Positions 13,001-24,400 of a stretch of DNA of 64,000 nt are shown piece after piece. A program made the translations under genes and the position numbers. Source of the DNA: Leucoraja ocellata (taxonomy: Eukaryota); contig JAWMAR010001141.1 in NCBI GenBank assembly GCA_036785375.1, positions 248,001 to 312,000 of the forward strand. Direction: 5' to 3'. Under the pieces are notes generated by a model that saw only the letters and a list, made by a program, of their open reading frames with translations, searched no databases and had not been told where the DNA came from. Numbering within the stretch: the stretch's first letter is position 1; each line of letters begins with the position of its first letter.

Positions 13001-15760
13001 GTGGGGGGTTAGGGTTTGGAGGAGGAGAAGCCCGAGGGCTGAGGGAGAGCTGGGAAGGGGAGGAGACAGCAAGGGCTAACAGAATTGTGAGAATTCAATG
13101 TTCATGCCACCAGGATGCAGACTCCCGAAGCAGAATATGAGGTTCTGTTCCTCCAATTTCTGGTGGTGCTCACTCTGGCCATGGAGGAGGCCCAGCACAA
13201 AGAGGTTGGATACGGAATGGGAGGGGGAGTTGAAGTGCTGAGCCACCGGGAGGTCAGGTTGGTTAATGCAGACCGAGCGGAGGTGTTCGGCGAAACGATC
13301 GCCAAGCCTACGCTTGGTCTCACCGATGTAGATCAGCTGACATCTAGAGCAGCGGATGCAATAGATGCAGGTGAACCTCTGTCGCACCTGGAACGACTGC
13401 GTGGCTCCTTGAATGGAGTCAAGGGGGGAGGTAAAGCGACAAGTGTAGCATCTCTTGCGGTTGCATGGGAAAGTGCTTGGGGAGGGGGTGGTGCAGGAGG
13501 GAAGGGAAGAATTAACAAGGGAGTTACGGAGGGAGCGGGCTCAGCACTTCAACTCCCCCTCCCATTCCGTATCTGACTTCTCTGTCCTGGGCCTCCTCCA
13601 TTGCATGAACATTGAATTCTCACAATTCCGTTAGCCTTTGCTGTCTCCTCCCCTTCCCAGCTCTCCCTCAGCCCTCGGGCTCCTCCTTTTTCCTTTCTTC
13701 TCCCTGCCCCCCCCCCCCCCCCCCCCCCCCCCACCCCCATCAGTCTGAAGAAGGGTTTTGGCCCGAAACGTTGCCTATTTCCTTCGCTCCATAGATGCTG
13801 CTGCACCTGCTGAGTTTCTCCAGCATTTTTGTGTACTAGAGTCAAGAGAGTTTTATTGTCATGTGTCCCAGATAGGACAATTAAATTATTGCTTGCTGCA
13901 GCACAAGAGAATATGTAAACATAATACAGAACAGGAGATAAAAGTTCAGTGTCCTTATATACCATAGACCATATATATATACACAATAAGTAAACAGATA
14001 AAATACAATAGGCTGTTATTGTTCAGCCCTCCACCACCTCCAGTTTAAATTCAATTTAGAATATTTATGGAGGGCCAGGAAACCAGAAGCAAGAGTTACT
14101 CCAGGGTGTTACTCCAGATCCAGGGTCAGGGAGTGATTCTGCGTTGGTTTTCAGCGACCGGACAGCAATGGCGGCCAGATCTGTTTGCTCCCCATACCCC
14201 ATGATTCCATTAGCCTTAAGAGCTGTATCTAACTCTCTCTTGAACTCTCTCTTGAATTGGCCTCCAATGCCCTCTGTGGCAGAGAATTCTACAGATTCAC
14301 AACTCTGGGTGAAAAGGGTTTTCCTCATCTGGCCTACCCCTTATTCAGGTCTCAACCCAAAACGTCACCTATCCATGTTCTCCAGAGATGCTGCCTGACC
14401 TGCTGACTTACTCCAGCACTTTGGTCGTTACTAAAGCTGAATAGCCAGCTGCCTGTGGTACCAGTGGTGACTCAGCAGGTCAGGCAGCATCTGTGGAGAA
14501 CATGGATAGGTGACGTTTCAAGTCAAGACCATGACATACTGCCTGACCTACTGAGTTACGGCAGCACTTTGTGCCTCATTGAAATAAACTTCCCGGCCTG
14601 TGGTGGAAGCTGGATCTGCCACTGATGTTTCAAACTCCACGTCCACCTGGAATAATCATGAGGTGTCTTTTTCACACAAAGGCTGGTGGGTGTATGGAAC
14701 AAGCTGCCAGAGGAGGTAGTTGAGGCAGGGACTATCCCATAATCTAAGAAGCAGTTAGACAGGTACATGGATAGGACAGGTTTGAAGGTACATGGACCAA
14801 ACGTGGACAGGTGGGACTAGTGTTGCTGAGACATGTTGGCTGGTGTGGGTAAGAAGGGCTGAATGGCCTGTTTCCAGACTGTATCACTCTATGACTCTAA
14901 CACATGTGAAACTCTGCAGATTCAGGAGCTGGGGTGGAGACACATCATCACATCAGTCCAGGTCGGCTCACAAGCCACAAGGCAAATGCCTTGAAGGAGA
15001 ACTCAGAGGCTGGGGAAAGCACAGTGTGTAGAACAGCTCGAGCAGCAGAGTCTGTTGTAAGGCAGCTGGTTTTTCTCAGAAGCGGGAGATTACCACAACT
15101 TCTCCAAATGCTAAATTGGACAGTCACTCTGGTGCTTCCTCATTTGAGATGACGCCTGTTCCCAATGGCTGGCTTTCACAGAATTTTCTTTGAATGTGCT
15201 AAGGTTTAGGTTCAACATTTCCCATTGCAGTACGTGGAGGGAATGCCGTGTGTCTTTGATCGACTAAATGCTGGGGTAACGCAGCGGGTCAGATGTCATC
15301 TCTGGCGAGAAGGGGAGGTGATGGAGACAGAGGGAAAGCAAAGGCTACTTGAAGTACACATTGGATACATTGGTGATGATTTGTGTAGTACCATGTTACA
15401 GAGAGAGAGTGTTTACATGACTATATTCCAATACTGGTCATATTATTATGTGCTGAACATTTTGCAGCTTTACGTGGCGACACATTTTTAACCATCTGAA
15501 TGAATGAATGATTGAATGAATGAATGTCTATTGGCCAAGTATTCACATACAAGGAATTGGCCTTGGTGCTCAGCCCGCAAATGACAAAATGGCATACAGT
15601 GACAGATAGGAATGCTACATAAAACATAACACATTAATAACACTGCATCTCTGCAGTGGCAACAGTGTATAACGTGCAAACTAATACTAATTATCAGAAT
15701 GTCCAATGCTGAATGTTACTCACCGGGCAAGAAACAAATGAGAAGAACTGGCACCAACAT
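3971..15760 (-). CDS. Activating-type CD300/pIgR-like (MDIR-like) receptor, copy A (second Ig exon falls in an assembly gap)
   Basis: join(15724-15760,7873-8193,[gap 6310-6509],6118-6220,4783-4873,3971-4006); exons correspond to copy B. Confidence 0.78.
4783..4873 (-). CDS. Activating receptor A TM exon (YTIWNVGRWLYFALLGICSISVSLFTSIRK)
   Basis: Polypyrimidine acceptor, AAG|gtatgt donor, hydrophobic helix with N-proximal Arg. Confidence 0.8.
6118..6220 (-). CDS. Activating receptor A stalk exon (EHKVTERMMTTPFASTVKRSNESQNDSTRSTCTEC)
   Basis: Phase 1 in / phase 2 out bridges the Ig and TM exons exactly; S/T rich; donor gtacaa is weak. Confidence 0.68.
6310..6509. other. Assembly gap (others: 6652-6838, 12155-12385, 41769-42015)
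   Basis: N runs. Confidence 1.
7873..8193 (-). CDS. Activating receptor A V-set Ig exon (CD300/pIgR type)
   Basis: ITIDCHY..KYWCQGWTRHC..FTVTVEDLRSGDTGWYNCG; canonical disulfide plus extra C-C' Cys pair; 321 nt, phase 1-1. Confidence 0.95.
8322..10632 (-). mobile_element. 5'-truncated young CR1-clade LINE (RT ORF2), copy-A-specific, 5-bp TSD GACTT
   Basis: ORF 8766-10412 with RT motifs (YRPVSLTS, YLDFQKAFDKV, GVPQGSVLGP, FADD); (TTTCTATG)n tail; frameshift near 10410 and stop at 8766; empty site near 40253. Confidence 0.95.
11539..12154 (-). mobile_element. Putative non-autonomous Helitron-like element with G-rich low-complexity interior (copy at 41155-41768)
   Basis: Minus-strand end ..cgggtctccacttggtCTAG|T; the other end runs into a gap in both copies. 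Confidence 0.4.
12858..13836. mobile_element. Penelope-like element with inverted terminal repeat arrangement (copy at ~42484-43368)
   Basis: GIY-YIG remnant ORF 13076-13387; ~13545-13836 is an inverted copy of parts of 12890-13240. Confidence 0.88.
15724..15760 (-). CDS. Activating receptor A leader exon (MLVPVLLICFLP)
   Basis: ATG, hydrophobic core, G|gtgagt donor; same 37-nt coding size as the inhibitory leader. Confidence 0.85.
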
Positions 15761-15795
15761 CGTTTTAGATGCAGACCCCATGCTGGGACGTTTAT

Positions 15796-15903
15796 TGTTC
15801 AGCTCTTAGTCCAGAGAACTAAATAAATGCCCATCGAGAGGAAATGTTACAATATAAATGATGAAGAAAGAAACAAGGAAGCGGAATGTGAAACAAGAGT
15901 AAG
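15796..15903 (-). promoter_or_regulatory. Candidate proximal promoter of the activating gene; also ~45319-45426
   Basis: aaggaagcggaatgtgaaac (ETS and ETS-IRF-like motifs), conserved with the inhibitory paralog. Confidence 0.5.
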
Positions 15904-16852
15904 CCAATAGCTGACAACCAGCTAGTTCCCCTTGGCTATAAATGATTTCACGAATTTAAAGTGAATTTTAATCACATGATAGAATGTAGTTATGCTATGA
16001 CTCCATGCTACTCCCATGGCATGAACTTATGAGGTCCAGATAACTGGACAAAGTCAGAAGGGATTGTGCCAACGCCTGTGGAATCATCTTGTTCTGTAGT
16101 TGGGAGAGGACCACCATATCTATGCTGGATGTTGGCTACAGAGGTCTTCAGGACAGGTAGCATAGTCCCACACCCACCTCGCTGGTCACCCTTTGACCAG
16201 AAATGGCTGATTGTGGTGGGCAAGTCATGCCGATTTGGACGGGATTTGTTCTGAACTTTGATGGGTGTGATCCAGGCTGGGACTTTGATCTCAGGGCAGG
16301 TCTCGTTTCATGCCTGGAGCTTGTTAATGGTGGGCGATTTAGTTTTGTTTGGAGATACAGCATGGAAATAGTCCCTTCGGGCCAACCAATTCCACACCAT
16401 TGTAGTCCAATGTTATCCCATATTCACATCCTACACACTGGGGGACATTTACAGATGCTAATGCACCTACAAACCTGTACATATTTGGGATGAAGGAGGA
16501 AACCAGACCACCTGGAGAGAACCCGACTGTCGCTGTGAGAACATGCAAACTCCACACAGGCAGCGCATGATGCCAGGATCAAATCCAGGTCTCTGGCGCT
16601 GTGAGACGGCAGCTCTAACGCTGCACCACTGTTCCTGATGGGTTTTGCTTCATTCCAAGTTTGATTCTCGCAACCAGCTAAGTAACCCAATACAAACCTG
16701 ACCCACAATTGCCAAAAGTTTGACTTCCCCTGGTTGGGAAGGGGATTGGATTTCCGACTAAACCTCAGCAACATTGTAAGTTTAAAAAAATCTCTTATTG
16801 CTCATTTCACAAAACCTTTGGCCAGGATGTCATTCACTGTCCAGTTGGCAAG

Positions 16853-17452
16853 TTTAGTTTAGTTTAGTTTATCGGCATGTGTACCGAGGTACAGTGAGAA
16901 GATGTTTGTTGCAACAGAAAGACGATGCATGATTACTGTTTAAGAAAGAACTCCAGATGCTGGAAAAATCGAAGGTAGACAAAAATGCTGGAGAAACTCT
17001 GCGGGTGAGGCAGCATCTATGGAGCAAAGGAATAGGCAACGTTTCTGGTCGAGACCCGAAACGTCACATATTCTTCGTTTTTGTCTACCTGTGCATGATT
17101 ACAAACAGCCATCCACAGTGTACAGATACAGGATAAAGTGAATAACATTTAATGCAAGATAAAGTCCAGTAAAGACCGGGTAAAGATAGTCTGGCTGTCT
17201 CCAATAAGGTGGGTGGGAGGTTAGGACCGCTATCTAGTCGGTGAGAGGATGGTTCAGTTTCCTGATAACAGCTGGGAAGGATCTGACTCTGAATCTGGAG
17301 ATATGCATTTTCACATTTCTGTACCTCTTGGCTGATGGAAGAGGGGACAAGAGGGAGTGTCCAGGGTGTGACTCATCCCTGATTATGCTGGTGGCCTTGC
17401 CAAGGCAGCGTGTCTTGTTGATGGAGTCAATGGAAGGGAGGTTGGTATACAA
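16853..17452 (-). mobile_element. Rex1/Babar-type LINE 3' fragment (copy at ~46375-46976; also ~28695-28955 on +)
   Basis: LPSIDSI..RC..KATSIIRDESHPGHSLLSPLPS..RYR..SFPAVIRKLN C-terminal signature; (CTAAA)n tail; small Penelope piece nested. Confidence 0.75.
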
Positions 17453-19439
17453 TCGTACACAGTGTTAATAATGGACAAAGAAGATAATGAAATCATTATA
17501 TCTCACTTTAATCTATTTCAAGGCAGATTGCTGCCCTTAAAGTTAGCCTGTGTGGCGATAAGGATTACTAACCACTTGAAAGCATCACTTGGAGTTGTGT
17601 CTTGACCCTGGTACAGTAGGTGTACGATTGGACACACAATCAGCAAAGAACTAATAGCGGTCATCAAATGATTGTGTCTGAGTTCAATACTCATTAGGTT
17701 CGGCAAATTCAATGAGTAAGGATCTCTGGGAGGAGACGTGTTTTGGACGCCTTCAATATGCTAATAGCATGTGATCTCAGCAAGCAATTGGGACAGGATC
17801 ATGGTGCATTTATGGGAGGGAAATCATGTCTGACAAAGTAGCTGAGGGATTAATGGATCCCGGGTCTCTGGCGATGTGAGGCAGCAGCTCTACCAACTGG
17901 GCCACTGTGCCGCAGGCTGATGGAGAAATGGCTGCCCACTTGTAGGCTCTGGGGGCTTCTTCTCAGTATTGCTGTTAACAAAACTGAGCATCTAATCTAA
18001 CTCCCTTTATTGTTTGAAACAACATTCAACTAAGATAACAGCACTGTGCCAAAAATCATACCATGCAGTGCTCATAGTTTGAACACAACATAAAGCAAGA
18101 GTATAGTCTCAAGAAGGGTCTCGACCTAAAATGTCACCTATCCTTTATCTCCAGAGATGCTGCCTGACCCGCTAAGTTACTCCAACACTTTGTGTCTATC
18201 TTCAGTATTTTTCTCCGCTACTCAATGGCATCATGGTTGACACAGCACCACTTTTGTGAATGGATTCTATATCCTTTGTTTCCTATAATTTTTAATAAAA
18301 ATATTGATTTTTACTGTGATTGAGCCTCGATGGTCTCCTGGTGAGAGAACTTTGAGGATTCACTATGTTCCTTGTAAAGAGGCTTCTTCTTGTCCCATTC
18401 TTGAATGACTGACCTCATATTTTGAGTCAGATGCCCCTTATAAACAGGGGAAGCTTCATCCCAGCAGCTACCCTATCAAAACCTATTAATATATGGAGCC
18501 CATTAGGCCCATTGATTCCATACCAGCTTTGGGAGTTATCCCATTAATTTGTCCCCATCCTACATCCCTTTGCCTATTCTCTTGCATGTTACAGTTGCCA
18601 GTTATTCTACCACCTAGTATGCTCTGGGGTATGGGAGGAAACTGGAGAATCCAGAGGATAACAATGCAATAGCAGAGAGAACATGCAAACTCCACACAGA
18701 AAGCAATGAAGTTCGGAATTGAACCCAGCTGACTGGAGCTGTGAGACAGATGCACTAGCTGTGGCATCTCCTGTACCTGCTTCCATAAGATTATCCACAA
18801 AAAGTTGGTGTAACTCAGCTGGTCAGGCAGCATCTCTGGCGATAAGGAACAGGTGATGTTTCGGGTCAAGACCCTTCTTCTTCAGAATATAGACTGCTGA
18901 ATTTTTAGTTTAGTTTAAATACAGTGTTGAAACCGGCTCTTTTGCCCACTATGCTGACCATCCAGCCCCTTTGTACTAGTTCTATGTGATCCCACATTCA
19001 TATCTTACACACTTGGGAGAATTTATAGAAGCCAAACAACCTACAAAACTGCAGATCTGTGGAATGAGGGAGGAAACCAGAGGACCCAGAGAAAACCCCA
19101 CACAGTCACCGGGAGGATGTGCAAACTCTTCACAGACAGAACCTATAGTCAGTTTTGAAACTGGGCCTCTGGTGCTGTGAGGCAGCAGCTCTGTTGAATC
19201 TTGGCTGCATTCTCTCCTTTGCAAGTATATCCATCATTATGTATAAAGACCAGATCAACAAAACATTCCAGACGCAGTCTCAACAGAACCCTATATAGCA
19301 TTGAACCAAAGTGTCAGTATGCTTGCATTCAAATTTCTTGCAACAATTACCCACATGCCGTTTGCCTTCCTAAAAGTTGCACTGTTGGTCAACTTTCAAT
19401 AATTCATGTACTGGAATATCTGGGCCCTTCTGCTCCACA

Positions 19440-19735
19440 GCACGGTGGCACAGCGGTGGAGTTGCTGCCTTACAACATCTACAGCACCAGAGACCCAGGT
19501 TTGATCCCGACTACGGGTACAGTCTGTATAGAGTTTGTACGTACTCACCGTGACCACATGGGTTTTTTTTAGAGACCTCCGGTTTACTCCTTTCCTCAAC
19601 GTCATACAGGTGCAGGATAATTGGCTTGGTAAAATTGTAAATTGTCACCAGTGTGTGTGGGGTAGTGTTAATTGCTGGTGGTGCAGACTCGGTGGGCCGA
19701 AGGGCCTGTTTCCACGCTGTATCTCTAAACTAAAC
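19440..19735 (+). mobile_element. tRNA-derived V-SINE (copy at ~48964-49259)
   Basis: Same family motifs. Confidence 0.8.
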
Positions 19736-20310
19736 ATGAAGACATTTCAATCGCTTGCCGTTTATAAAACGGTTCAGCATTTCTGCTTTCTTCCCCTCGT
19801 GTCTCATATGCTGCATTTCCCACATCCTCGTGCATTCAGTTAACCCAACTGCATTCCACAATGACTCTCTATATCCTCTTCATAGTTCACCTGTCATGCA
19901 GCTCATAACCCAGGGCTTTTGGAGTGGTTTGAATATGGATCCCAATAAGCACTATTTATTTTTATTTGTTGAACTTATTGTTTTGTTTGCTTGTTATTTT
20001 ATCCATTGAGCAATTGCTGGCTTAACCTAGCACTAAACGTTATTCCCTTATCATGCATCTATACACTGTAATGGCTCAAGTGTAAGCATGTATTGTCTTT
20101 CTGCTGACTAGTTAGCACGTAACAAAAGCTTTTCACTGTACTTCGATACACGTGACAATAGACTAAACTGAGACTGACTCCGAAACTGTGTTTACAAACC
20201 TGTTGTGCTGCTACAAGTGAGAATGTTATTGTTCTATTTTGGGACATATGACAATGAAACACACTTGACTCTCGAGTCAAAAATCATCACGTGAAGAGAA
20301 AAAAAAAAGC

Positions 20311-20316
20311 TTTATT
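20311..20316 (-). terminator. Candidate polyadenylation signal, inhibitory gene A (copy B: 49836-49841)
   Basis: AATAAA followed by a U-rich tract on the minus strand, ~900 nt after the stop. Confidence 0.4.
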
Positions 20317-21216
20317 GTGTCTTATTAATCTCAATATTCAACATGGTCTCTGGAAGCGGAAACATTCTCTGCGCAAGAACACATTCATCATCTTCAATAC
20401 ACAATATTTGCCATCTCCAACTTTTGTTTCCTTTATTTCTGTGTCTCCTGCGATGCAGGAGGTGCCTTGTAGATCGACACACTCACTCGTTCTGCACTGA
20501 AGTGTTCAGGTGGGTTACCTGCTCAGGTGCTGTGATGAGATTTGAACTCACAACCTTGAGTTGTAGAGAGAAGATGTTTGCACTGTAACATAACACCTCT
20601 CAGTCTATGTTGGGGATGGGGGTGAGGAAGGAGACGGCATCATTCAATGCATTGAGCAAAATGGCTGCTATTTGCAAAGCTGGCCCAGATTCAGTAATTT
20701 TATGGCAATTGCTGATCATTGGGACCAAGGAAGGGAGTGGAAAAATGAGGAACTGCAGAAGCTGGTTTGCAAAAAAAAGAGACAAAGTTGTGGAATAACT
20801 TAGCGGGTCAGGCAGCATCCCTGAAGAGAAGGAATGGGTGATATTTCAGGTCGAGACCCTTCTTCAAAGTAACTAGATTTGTCGATTACAGCAGAGAAAC
20901 CTCAATGCAACCATGGCGCAAAGATGGGGCAACAAACAGCACTGGTCCAGGTACGGGGCTGCCGAGAACATAGCGGACCTGGCGTGGGGTGGGGGTGTGT
21001 TAACAAAGGGGGTCATGGAGTGGGGGGGTGGGGGAGCCGAGAACAAAGGGGGACCAATAGGGACTGTAATGAATAGTTTGTAACTGTTGGCGCCCTATAC
21101 ATAGTGACTCTTTATATACCTTGTTTATGGTATGCAAAACAAAAACAATTATCACTGTGACATGTCACATGTGGTAATAAAGTATCAATCAATCAATCAA
21201 TGACTCAATGGTCTAT

Positions 21217-21477
21217 CTAAGAAGTCACAGTGGCATAAATACTCTGCACAGGAGAAGGAGCTTTCTGACGGGCAATCTGGCTGACGCTTTGAGATGTAAC
21301 TTCTGAATAGGTGACATTGTCCTCCCCAGTACTGGAGTGAGACCCTGTCGATTTGCTTTGAACTTGCACTTCTGCACACACAGTTTGATATTGATTAGAA
21401 CAATGGGCAGCTTCCTTGTTGCTTCGAATGTCTGACAGTGTTGCATAAACGATGCTCCGTTTTCCTGCTGGCAAACC
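21217..21477 (-). CDS. Inhibitory receptor A terminal exon with ITIMs (IVYATL, VTYSEV, SIYATV)
   Basis: Strong acceptor ttttgtttttcag, phase 0; [ILVS]xYxx[LV] motifs. Confidence 0.9.
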   Translation of the reverse strand, partial: GLPAGKRSIVYATLSDIRSNKEAAHCSNQYQTVCAEVQVQSKSTGSHSSTGEDNVTYSEVTSQSVSQIARQKAPSPVQSIYATVTS

Positions 21478-24400
21478 CTGAAAAACAAAAGAGGAACCAA
21501 GGTTTGTCTGATGATTTGTGTTCAGTTTTAGTCACCATGTCATAGGAAAGATGCTGTCAAGTTGCAAAGGGTGCGGAGAAGATTTGCAAGGATGTTGCCC
21601 AGACTCGTGGGCGTGAACTATAGGGAGAGGTTGAGCAGGCCAGGACGTTTGGCGTGCAGGAGGATGAGGGGTGATCTGATAGAGGTGTACAAAATCAAGA
21701 GAGGAAAAGATCGGGTAGATGCACAGAGCCTTTTGCCTAGAGGAGAAGAATCGAGAACCAGATGATATAGGTTTATGATGGGGGGGGGACAGATTTAATA
21801 GGAACCCAAGGGGTAACTTTCTACACAAAGTGTGGTGGGTGTATGGAACGAGCTGCTGTGTATGTGATCATGGCTGATCATCCAAAATTAGAACCCTGTT
21901 CCTTTGAAATAATCGTCTGATCTGTATGCATAAAATAACCTTGATGCATCTTGATGCGTTTGATGATAAAGGGACCATAGAACCATTGAAGCAGATTAGT
22001 GACTTGATTAGTGAGGTTGGATTACAGAATTTTGTAAGTTCTCAATACACGGAGAATTCATACTTTGTCGTCTTTACCTGCATTTCATTGTTATTTGCTC
22101 TGGGAGGTTTGTTCCCTTCTGATTCTGGAAAACACAATGTTAACATTGAAAGAACATGTCAGGGACATTTTTAACCAGCCATCTTGATGCATATAGAGTG
22201 GGGAGGAACTGCAGATGCTGGTTTAAACCGAAGATGGACACAAAATGCTGGAGTAACTTAGTGGGACAGGCAGCATCTCCGGAGAGAAGAAATGGATGGC
22301 GTTTCAGGTTGAGACCCTTCTTCAGACCGTTCTCTCCAGAGATGCCTATCCTACTGATTTACTCTGCAGTTCCTTCCTACACTTTTATTCATGAGAACCA
22401 CAGGGGGCACCACAAGCCCAACTAGGTGGGTTACCTCTGGGTGCTCCGTTTCCCCCTACATCCTAAAGACATGCACGCCTGTAGGTTAATTCCCACTGTA
22501 AATTGTCCCTAGTGTGTAGGCGAGGGGTAGAATCTTGGGGGAATTGATAACAACATGGAGAGAACAAAGTTGGATAAAATTAGTGTGTAGAAAGGACCTG
22601 CAGATTCATGAATTAATGAATAAGTTTATTGGCCAAGTATTCACATACAAGGAATTTGCCTTGGTGCTCCGCCCGCAAGTGACAACGACAAACAGTGACA
22701 GTTAGGAATGACTGTTAAGAATGCTAGTTTACACCCAAGATAGATACAAAGTAGTAACTCAATGGATCAGGCAGCATCTCTGGACGAAAAGGGTGGGTGA
22801 CATTTCAGGCCGGGACCCTTCTTCAGACTGGATAAGATTATTGTAGGACTGGAATAAAGAGATGGTTGATAGTCAGCATGAACTCAGTGTGCCAATGGGC
22901 CTGTTTCCGTGCTGTATTTCTCTTTCTCTGTGCAGGAAATGATCACATACATCATGAAAGGATGAAGGAAACATGGAAACTCACTCCTTTGTCTACACAT
23001 TAGGCACCAAAGTAGACCAGCAAATATCACCACGAGGAGAACCCCAGCAATACTGAGGTAAATTATGGGTCTATGGGACAGAGAAAGCAAAAGGGTTACT
23101 CTTGTTTCATCATTGATTCCTATCCTTTGGTAAAGAACAAAAGTCTAACATCTGCAGGGTATCTTTCATGAGCTCAGGATAAGTCAAGCCCAGTCATTGG
23201 AGTGCACACATTGCTGTAATGTGGTAAACACCAAAGCCAATCTGCCCACAGCAAGTTCCACAAACAGCAGTGCGATAACGACCAATGATTGTGATGTTGG
23301 ATAAAGAATAAACCCAACTCAACCCAACAGTAGCACAGCATGGAGTTGATGCCTTACAGCGCCAGAGACCCAGGTTCAATCCAGACTACAGGTGCTGTCT
23401 GTAAGGAGTTTGCATATTCTCCCTTTGATGAAGTGGGTTTTCTCCGGTTGCTCCGGTTTCCTCCCACATCACAAAGACGTGCAGGTTTGTGGGTTAATTG
23501 GCCTTGGTAAATTGTCCTTAATTTGTAGCGAGTGGATGAAAAAGCGGGATCACATAGATCTCTCCATACCCTCTGATCCCCTTGGCCTCTACTCTCTAGA
23601 ATTTAGGAGATTGAGGAGGGGATCTTATAGAAACTTACAAAATTCTTAAGGGGTTGGACATGCTAGATGCAGGAAGATTGTTCCCGATGTTGGGGAAGTC
23701 CAGGACATCGCCATTTAATATGATCATGGCTGATCATCCAACTCAGTATCCCGTACCTGCCTTCTCTCCATACCCTCTGATCCCCTTAGCCACAAGGGCC
23801 ACATCTAACTCCCTCTTAAATATAGCCAATGAACTGGCCTCGACTACCCTCTGCGGCAGAGAGTTCCAGAGATTCACCACTCTCTGTGTGAAAAAAGTTC
23901 TTCTCATCTCAGTTTTAAAGGATTTCCCCCTTATCCTTAAGCTGTGACCCCTTGTCCTGGACTTCCCTAACATCGGGAGCAATCTTCCTGCATCTAGCCT
24001 GTCCAACCCCTTAAGAATTTTGTAAGTTTCTATAAGATCCCCTCTCAGTCTCCTAAATTCTAGAGAGTATAAACCAAGTCTATCCAGTCTTTCTTCATAA
24101 GACGGTCCTGGCATCCCAGGAATCAGTCTGGTGAACCGTCTCTGCACTCCCTCTATGGCAAGAATGTCCTTCCTCAAATTTGGAGACCAAAACTGTACGC
24201 AATACTCCAGGTGTGGTCTCACCAAGACCCTGTACAACTGCAGTAGAACCTCCCTGCTCCTATACTCAAATCCTTTTGCTATGAAAGCTAACATACCATT
24301 CGCTTTCTTCACTGCCTGCTGCACCTGCATGCCTACTTTCAATGACTGGTGTACCATGACACCCAGGTCTCGCTGCATCTCCCCTTTTCCTAGTCGGCCA

